This document shows positions 8,297 through 13,892 of a stretch of DNA of 13,892 nt, piece by piece. Below the pieces are notes generated by a model, which worked only from the letters and a program-made list of their open reading frames with translations, did not search any database and was not told the DNA's origin. Location of the stretch: contig JBGCDR010000129.1 in the NCBI GenBank assembly GCA_045105515.1, positions 1 through 13,892 on the forward strand. Reading direction: 5' to 3'. The stretch's first letter is position 1. Every line of letters begins with the position of its first letter. Made by a program: the position numbers and the translations under genes. The stretch is from Oligoflexales bacterium. GTDB lineage: Bacteria > Bdellovibrionota_B > Oligoflexia > Oligoflexales > Bog-1112.

Positions 8297-8937
8297 TACG
8301 CGACCTCGTTAGCAAAATCGAAGTAAAAAAGCTTACGGGAAATTCATAAGCTAAGCTATGGCTAGAAAAATAGAATATGCCCTAATACTATTCTAATGCT
8401 AATTCAAGTCAGAGGCCATGAATATTCTGAAGATCACTTTTTTTAATCAAACCGCGTGGTAATTATTTGGGTAAAGGCAATGATAAATCTAACTCAAAAA
8501 AAAATGATCTCGTCTTCCCTCTATGGTTTTACAAGATCATTTAAAATAGTAAATTTTAGTAACAGCTCGCGACTATATTACTTTTCGGATATTCTTGGAA
8601 AATCATAAATCAGAGGTATAAGACTCTAAATATATAGTGAATATCTACTTGTATTTTTTGGCTGTCTATTTGAATTTAGCTTGCTTATCTGCAAAGAGGA
8701 GCAATATCTATCTAGAAGCGCCAGATAAAAAAAGCACCTCCCCCACAAAAAAGAATCAAAATTTGTTTGTTATTATAAAATATTACATGAAGACTAAACC
8801 AAACAATAGAGCATCATAACATCAAGAATTTATCATAATGACTAACAATTCTTTGTTCTTCGTTAAACTAGAATCAATAACTTACTTTTAAAAATTGATA
8901 GTTATAATATTTACTTATTAAAAATTAGTAATGTACC

Positions 8938-9034
8938 GACAAGAGCTGTCAGGAAATACAGATACCAAGTCGAAATGACTTAGGAGAAAGCACTTGAAAT
9001 AGGATACCCTGTTCTGGAAAACAGGGATACTTTT
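8938..9034 (+). promoter_or_regulatory. Putative structured 5' leader (three hairpins, five GGA triplets, terminator-like last hairpin)
   Basis: GACA-AGAGC-TGTC (8938-8950); CCAAGTC-GAAAT-GACTT(A)GG (8965-8984); CCCTGTT-CTGGAA-AACAGGG (9007-9026) followed by ATACTTTT. Ends 27 nt before the ATG at 9062. Confidence 0.4.
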
Positions 9035-9061
9035 ATGAATAAATAGTTTCTGGGGTATTAA

Positions 9062-10306
9062 ATGAAAAATTGTCACCTTCTTTTGATAATTTATTTTTTT
9101 GTTTTTGCTTGTGATAGCCCGTCGAAACCTAAATCAGTTTATAGTAACTCAGCCAGCCAAGAAAAACCTTCACAAGATTTGGAGACTAACACTGATATTG
9201 GTGATGAAGGTAAGGAAAGTGATAACAATGAATCACCTGAAAATGAAGGTGATGGTGATGGTGAGAAATCTAGTTTAGACTTAACAGTCAAATTCACCGA
9301 TCCTACTGAAGAATTACTTAGTAGACTTCCTACTTATACGGTGAATTGGGAATCTGATGCAGATTTACTAGACAGCTTAAGCTACGAGTCGAAGATTTGT
9401 TCGGATAGTTATTGTTCCAATTCTTGCACCGAATCAATCTTTTCAACTAATAATAGCCGAGAAGTAGTGTTGCTAGAATCTAGTGCACTCCATGTTTGCG
9501 TAAGAATTTTAAAAACTGAGGAAGAAGAAACCGGAATATGGAACGCTTCACCGGCTTTAAATCTTGACTATGGCAATTTAGAAATATCATTGGATGACAA
9601 GGTTGATTTGATTCTCCAAAATATGAATCCAGGACAAGTTCTTGGTACCTTATCTTTCAATACTGATATGGAAAACTATTCTTTCAAACTGATTGAGGGA
9701 AGTGAGTACTTTTTACTTTCTGGTGAAAAAAACGAAACAATAACTTTAAATAAGAGTATTGCTGGTCAAAACCTAAATGATATCTTAAATATAAAAGTTC
9801 AAATTGATGGAATAGATGACAGTGAACTTAGTATAGATTTTTCAGTTGAACCTGATCTAGTAGATAATAATCTTATTCAGAACGGAAATTTTGACAACGG
9901 AGTTAATTCTTGGTTAGTAACAAACAATGAAAATACCTTTGAAGTGATCGATGATAATGGAAATAAATATCTCCAAGTAACTGTCAATAATGAAAATGAT
10001 CGGGTTTCTTTATCTCAGACTATCACCTTAAAAGCTAACACTTCTTATATGCTTAGCGTTAGAATGAGTGGAGTAAACTTAGCCGCAGGTTCGGGTCCTT
10101 TGGTTGTCGATACGAATGATGTTTTCGATGATTTTGCTCAATTCACCATTTCAAGCTCTCAAGCTTGGACGGACTTTCCTGACGGTTCTCCTACAGGTAC
10201 CTTCACAACTGGTGCTGCTGACGTAGATATAGTGATAAGGTTATTTCAGGCACCCACTTTTGTAGGTCAAGCTCTTTATGCCAGTGTTCGTCTAATCGAG
10301 TTATAA
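9062..10306 (+). CDS. Lipoprotein with acidic linker, beta-sandwich (Fn3/cadherin-like) regions and C-terminal CBM_4_9-like domain
   Basis: Lipobox VFA-C17 and a D/E/S/N-rich linker. Cys-containing beta-rich segment, cadherin-like GQVLGTL...YSFKL...ITLN segment, then NLIQNGNFDNGVNSW...LSQTITLKANTSYMLS, typical of CBM_4_9/galactose-binding-like folds. Confidence 0.78.
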   Translation: MKNCHLLLIIYFFVFACDSPSKPKSVYSNSASQEKPSQDLETNTDIGDEGKESDNNESPENEGDGDGEKSSLDLTVKFTDPTEELLSRLPTYTVNWESDADLLDSLSYESKICSDSYCSNSCTESIFSTNNSREVVLLESSALHVCVRILKTEEEETGIWNASPALNLDYGNLEISLDDKVDLILQNMNPGQVLGTLSFNTDMENYSFKLIEGSEYFLLSGEKNETITLNKSIAGQNLNDILNIKVQIDGIDDSELSIDFSVEPDLVDNNLIQNGNFDNGVNSWLVTNNENTFEVIDDNGNKYLQVTVNNENDRVSLSQTITLKANTSYMLSVRMSGVNLAAGSGPLVVDTNDVFDDFAQFTISSSQAWTDFPDGSPTGTFTTGAADVDIVIRLFQAPTFVGQALYASVRLIEL

Positions 10307-10348
10307 ATAGAAAAGAAGATAAAATATTTAAATAAAAGAGATTAAATA

Positions 10349-12025
10349 ATGAGTAACAAAAAAAACATCTTTTTGATTCATATTCTTTTGATCGGATTCA
10401 GTTTTAGCTGTAATAAGAAATCTGGAAAAACTTTTAGCATTAATGGTAAAAAGGGAGGGAATTCAGACTCAGTCCGGTCTACTGAAATCGGTCAACCGCT
10501 TGATAAAGATGAAAAAAAAACAGAGTCCAATGACCTGCATACCGAAGTTCCTATTGGCACCAGAGAAGTACGTCGCTTAACAGCAACAGAGTATGTTAAT
10601 ACGATACAAAACATATTTGATATTGATATCAGTTCTGAACTTTCAAGTTTTCCATTAGAAGGCTCTGTTTTTGGATTTCAAAACAGTGCAGATGCTTTTT
10701 CTGCCGGTCCAAGTCAGATTGAATGGTTTTCCGCTACTGCTAACATCCTGAGTGAACGCGTTGTGCAAAATCTTGCCGGTACTCTTCCTGAATCCTGTTT
10801 AAATGGAAAAGATTTCTCATGTGCGAAGACGCAATTTGATCAATATAAATTTCTTTTGTTGCGGGGTAAATCTGATCCATATTCCGAAGCGATGTTGAAA
10901 AATGTAGAGAAATCTCGCTTGCAGTCTGGAAATGTGTCCGATGTATTAAAGCAAAAATTAGAAATACTAATGCAAATGCCAAATTTTCTTTATATTTTCC
11001 CTCCGAAGATAGAAGGTAATCACTCTGTGCATCGTGATGAATATGATCTTGCTACGCGTTTGTCTTTACTAGCTTGGAAATCTCTACCTGACGAGACCTT
11101 GTTAAATTCGGCAGGCCATGGAAATTTCGTTGAAAATTATTCATCCCATGTTGACACTACTTTAAATTCACCTAAGGCGCGGAAGGGTTTTCGTATATTT
11201 GTAAGGGAGTGGTTGTATCTCGACAGATTGGAGACAATTGAATCTTCTCCTGGGTATGAGCACATTACTGAAAGTCTTTTAGGAAGTATGGAGAAGGAAA
11301 CCCTAGATTTTTTTGAGAATATAGCTTTTAATCCAGACAAAGATTTTATGGATATTTTTAAAGATAATGCACAAGTTTCTGACCCAGAGTTAGAAAATAT
11401 TTACTTACTCGATATTGATGACAATCAAATAACCAAAGAAAAAACTAGATCGGGATATTTAAGTCAAGCAAGTTTCTTAACCTTAACAAGTCTTTTAAAC
11501 AGCACTGATCCAGTTGCTAGAGGGCATTATGTATCTAAGGTTTTCTTTTGTGTAAAAATTCCAAATCCACAGTTAGGAATTACACCCCTAGAAGAAAAAG
11601 TAGAATATACCACAAAAAAAGAAAGGTATGAGGCGCATAGCAAAAAAGAGCCTTGTGCGGGATGTCATATTCATATGGATAGAGTAGGTTTTGCTTTTGA
11701 AAATTTCGATAAGTCAGGAAGGTTCAGAAATATAGATGAATATAATACAACGGTTGATGCATCAGGTGTCTACAAGTTTTTTGATGAAAATGAAGTGCCG
11801 TTCAAGGATTTTAAAGATTTTAATAAAAAAGTCATTGAAAGTGAAAAAGTTAGGAAATGCCTTGTAAAGAGGAGTATGGAGCATGCGTTAGGATTTGAAA
11901 TTGAATATGAATCTAAACCATTTAACAATGTGTACAATAAATATTTGCAGACAAATAAGAGCTACATTGACCTTCTTAAAGCAATTGTAAATAGTGAAGT
12001 ATTTAGAAAAGTTGCTGGGTCATAA
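10349..12025 (+). CDS. DUF1592-family (DUF1587/1595/1592/1588/1585) lipoprotein with one heme-c motif
   Basis: Lipobox SFS-C21; VRRLTATEYVNTI (DUF1587); YDLATRLSLLAWKSLPDETLL...EWL (DUF1592); RSGYLSQASFL...TDPVARG...CAGCH...GFAFENFDKSGRFR (DUF1588, CxxCH at 11654-11668); C-terminal HALG...AIVNSEVF (DUF1585). Confidence 0.9.
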   Translation: MSNKKNIFLIHILLIGFSFSCNKKSGKTFSINGKKGGNSDSVRSTEIGQPLDKDEKKTESNDLHTEVPIGTREVRRLTATEYVNTIQNIFDIDISSELSSFPLEGSVFGFQNSADAFSAGPSQIEWFSATANILSERVVQNLAGTLPESCLNGKDFSCAKTQFDQYKFLLLRGKSDPYSEAMLKNVEKSRLQSGNVSDVLKQKLEILMQMPNFLYIFPPKIEGNHSVHRDEYDLATRLSLLAWKSLPDETLLNSAGHGNFVENYSSHVDTTLNSPKARKGFRIFVREWLYLDRLETIESSPGYEHITESLLGSMEKETLDFFENIAFNPDKDFMDIFKDNAQVSDPELENIYLLDIDDNQITKEKTRSGYLSQASFLTLTSLLNSTDPVARGHYVSKVFFCVKIPNPQLGITPLEEKVEYTTKKERYEAHSKKEPCAGCHIHMDRVGFAFENFDKSGRFRNIDEYNTTVDASGVYKFFDENEVPFKDFKDFNKKVIESEKVRKCLVKRSMEHALGFEIEYESKPFNNVYNKYLQTNKSYIDLLKAIVNSEVFRKVAGS

Positions 12026-12040
12026 TAAGGAGTATATAAC

Positions 12041-13363
12041 GTGAGTTTTAAAAAAGATATTTCCAAAAGGACATTTTTAAAGTTGAGTGGACAGAGCTTG
12101 CTATTTCTTCCGTTAAGTAATTTTATGCTCTGGAATGGAAGGCTGGAAGCGCAAGATGGAATACCAGCAGAGCCAATGAGGTTTTTTACAGCTTTCTTTC
12201 CTAATGGTGCTCCTAATAATACCTGGAATTTTCAAGATAATCTTTCCGCATTTGCAAGCTTTAGCGGAAAAATGACACCCATTATCAACTTAAATAATGG
12301 AGCTGCCATGCAAACAAACCTCTCTGATGGTCATGGACCTGGAGCTGCGACAGCTTTCACGGGGAAAAAAATAACTTCAAATGAGAAGGAAACATGTGGA
12401 TCTGCGACCATTGATGTACAAATAGGAGAGCAACTATCAGGAAATGGCCCTCTAAAACACCTTGCAGTGACTTTAGGCACGGAAAGTAGGCATCATACCG
12501 GTATTCATGGTAAGCATACCTTCGTGAGATCTTGGAAGAATCCAACGACCCCAATTAGCAGTATTCAAAATCCTCAGGATATTTTTAACAGAATTGTAGG
12601 AGCTGAGTTTGCTGCACCAGAGGACAAACAGAAATATTTCGATCGTAAACTTTCGATACTAGATACGGTTGTTAATCAATACAAGGAATTAACATCTGAA
12701 AGATACGGCCTTAGCTCCCGTGGTAAAAATTTGCTTGAGAATCATTTAGAGTCGCTAAGAGATTTGGAATTAAAGGTTAAGAATGTTGCAGCGGAAGCAA
12801 ATCAAGCATGTCAACCCTTGCAAGTAAATGCTCAAAATTTGGGTAGTCCTGTAGATCGCAAAATGTGGGTTGAGGCATTTGCTGTGCAAATGGAAATGCT
12901 TGTATATGCGATAAAGTGTGATATTGTGAGGTTTGGATCCATATCTTTCGGTGAACTTGCTCAATATTATACTATGCCAGGAGCTTCGATATCTGGTCAT
13001 GAGGCTGCCCATGATAAAAATGTCCCAGCCTTTAATGAAAGCATTAAGTTTACTATGACCCAGTATGCGAAGCTTTTTTCGGGGCTTGAATCTAATACCT
13101 TTGCTGATGGATCTACTCTTCTCGATAAAACAGTTATTTACATGGCTACAGAACTGGGTGATCAGTCAAGAACAGGCCACAATGTAAACGAAACTGTTTC
13201 TTTAATTGCTGGGGGCACTGGAATAAACGCAAATGGAAGGGGGAGAATTGTTGATGCTAACGGCAAGAACATTAATGATTCAATTTTGACAGCTTATAAG
13301 GCTGTAGGGATAAACCAATCTGTTGTTGGAGATGAAGAATTTTGCTCTGGTCCACTGGTTTGA
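12041..13363 (+). CDS. DUF1552 (HXXSHH-family) protein with Tat-like signal peptide
   Basis: SKRTFLK Tat-like motif, LPL, RFFTAFFPNG, TIDVQIG, NPQDIFNR, SILDTV, LENHLESLRDLE, GHEAAH, DGSTLLDKT and ELGD...H...IAGG. GTG start with AAGGAG RBS, 15 nt after the DUF1592 gene, its usual partner. Confidence 0.9.
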   Translation: MSFKKDISKRTFLKLSGQSLLFLPLSNFMLWNGRLEAQDGIPAEPMRFFTAFFPNGAPNNTWNFQDNLSAFASFSGKMTPIINLNNGAAMQTNLSDGHGPGAATAFTGKKITSNEKETCGSATIDVQIGEQLSGNGPLKHLAVTLGTESRHHTGIHGKHTFVRSWKNPTTPISSIQNPQDIFNRIVGAEFAAPEDKQKYFDRKLSILDTVVNQYKELTSERYGLSSRGKNLLENHLESLRDLELKVKNVAAEANQACQPLQVNAQNLGSPVDRKMWVEAFAVQMEMLVYAIKCDIVRFGSISFGELAQYYTMPGASISGHEAAHDKNVPAFNESIKFTMTQYAKLFSGLESNTFADGSTLLDKTVIYMATELGDQSRTGHNVNETVSLIAGGTGINANGRGRIVDANGKNINDSILTAYKAVGINQSVVGDEEFCSGPLV

Positions 13364-13588
13364 TTTTTATGCTGACTTATAAGCCCATAATTACATTTCT
13401 TCCAGAATAGTTTCTTGTCCACATAGCTTTAGGGGCCTATGTTAATTACCCTTATTAGATTTAATAAATGTCATAACAATCTAAATTTGCCAATCTATTT
13501 CCTTGGGTTTACCTGCATCTTTTTTGCTCCGATTATATACAAGGGGAGAAGAAAGGAAGCTTTTAAGCCAAGATAGCTAGGAGGGCTC

Positions 13589-13774
13589 ATGGCAGGAAAC
13601 TTAGCTAAAAAAAGATTATTTATTCGTCGAGCTGTTAGATATAAAGTGAATTTGAAGTGTTCAGTAAAACTTTTTGGATCAAATGATCCGATTAACTTTA
13701 ATACAATTGATATTTCAGAGACTGGTATTTCCATGATAACCAATAAGGATATAATACTGGCATCTAGGACCTAA
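13589..13774 (+). pseudogene. Truncated PilZ domain (N-terminal half only)
   Basis: Strong AGGAGG RBS. RxxxR (RRAVR) and DxSxxG (DISETG) c-di-GMP-binding motifs are present, but the ORF stops 14 aa after the second motif (61 aa total). Confidence 0.65.
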
Positions 13775-13892
13775 TCTGTAGAAAGATCCTCTAAAATTGA
13801 TTTATGACAGAGTTTCCGATGATTTTAATTATGTAAAAAAAATCACGGCGGTGTCGGTGTCTATATTTACCGCCAACACAATGCCGATCTTT

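Noticed and set aside
8637..8819. 60-aa plus-strand ORF
   Set aside because: No clear RBS and composition typical of AT-rich intergenic DNA; cannot be supported.
10081..10200. Higher GC (57 of 120 nt) in the CBM-like tip, suggesting a swapped module
   Set aside because: Short window that can be explained by Gly/Ala/Pro/Thr-rich coding; no junction repeats seen.
10740..13012. Minus-strand ORFs inside the DUF1592/DUF1552 genes
   Set aside because: Antisense shadows of well-supported genes.
13439..13743. 45-aa plus ORF (13439..13576) and 82-aa minus ORF (13495..13743)
   Set aside because: The first has an RBS only 3 nt from the ATG and no motif; the second is antisense to the PilZ fragment.
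13829..13892. GC-richer end segment: possible 3' end of a minus-strand gene (KIGIVLAVNIDTDTAVIFFT*) or GGCGGT/ACCGCC hairpin
   Set aside because: Truncated by the window edge; cannot distinguish the options.
1..13892. CRISPR array, IS/transposase, integrase, tRNA or rRNA
   Set aside because: No regularly spaced repeats, terminal inverted repeats, recombinase motifs or structural RNA signatures were seen.

Overview
AT-rich (roughly one-third GC by eye) bacterial chromosomal window. The acidic lipoproteins, orphan family-3 binding protein, CheY-like and PilZ proteins and DUF1592/DUF1552 pair resemble Oligoflexia/Bdellovibrionota or another deltaproteobacteria-like lineage; this is inference. 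In order it holds: (1) a probable lipoprotein with an Asp/Cys-rich stalk and a His/Asp-motif C-terminal domain; (2) a family-3 solute-binding protein gene that starts at 2443 and is interrupted by one in-frame TGA, missed by the ORF track; (3) a pstSCAB-like operon without phoU and with non-canonical PstS and PstB motifs; (4) a CREST/ceramidase-family membrane protein; (5) a secreted hypothetical protein; (6) a stand-alone CheY-like receiver; (7) a three-gene exported module of CBM-like lipoprotein, DUF1592-family heme-c lipoprotein and DUF1552 protein with a Lys-Arg Tat motif, preceded by a GGA-rich multi-hairpin leader; (8) a truncated PilZ domain. The best candidate for an uncharacterised system is the module at 8935-13363. 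No rRNA, tRNA, CRISPR array or mobile element was recognised.
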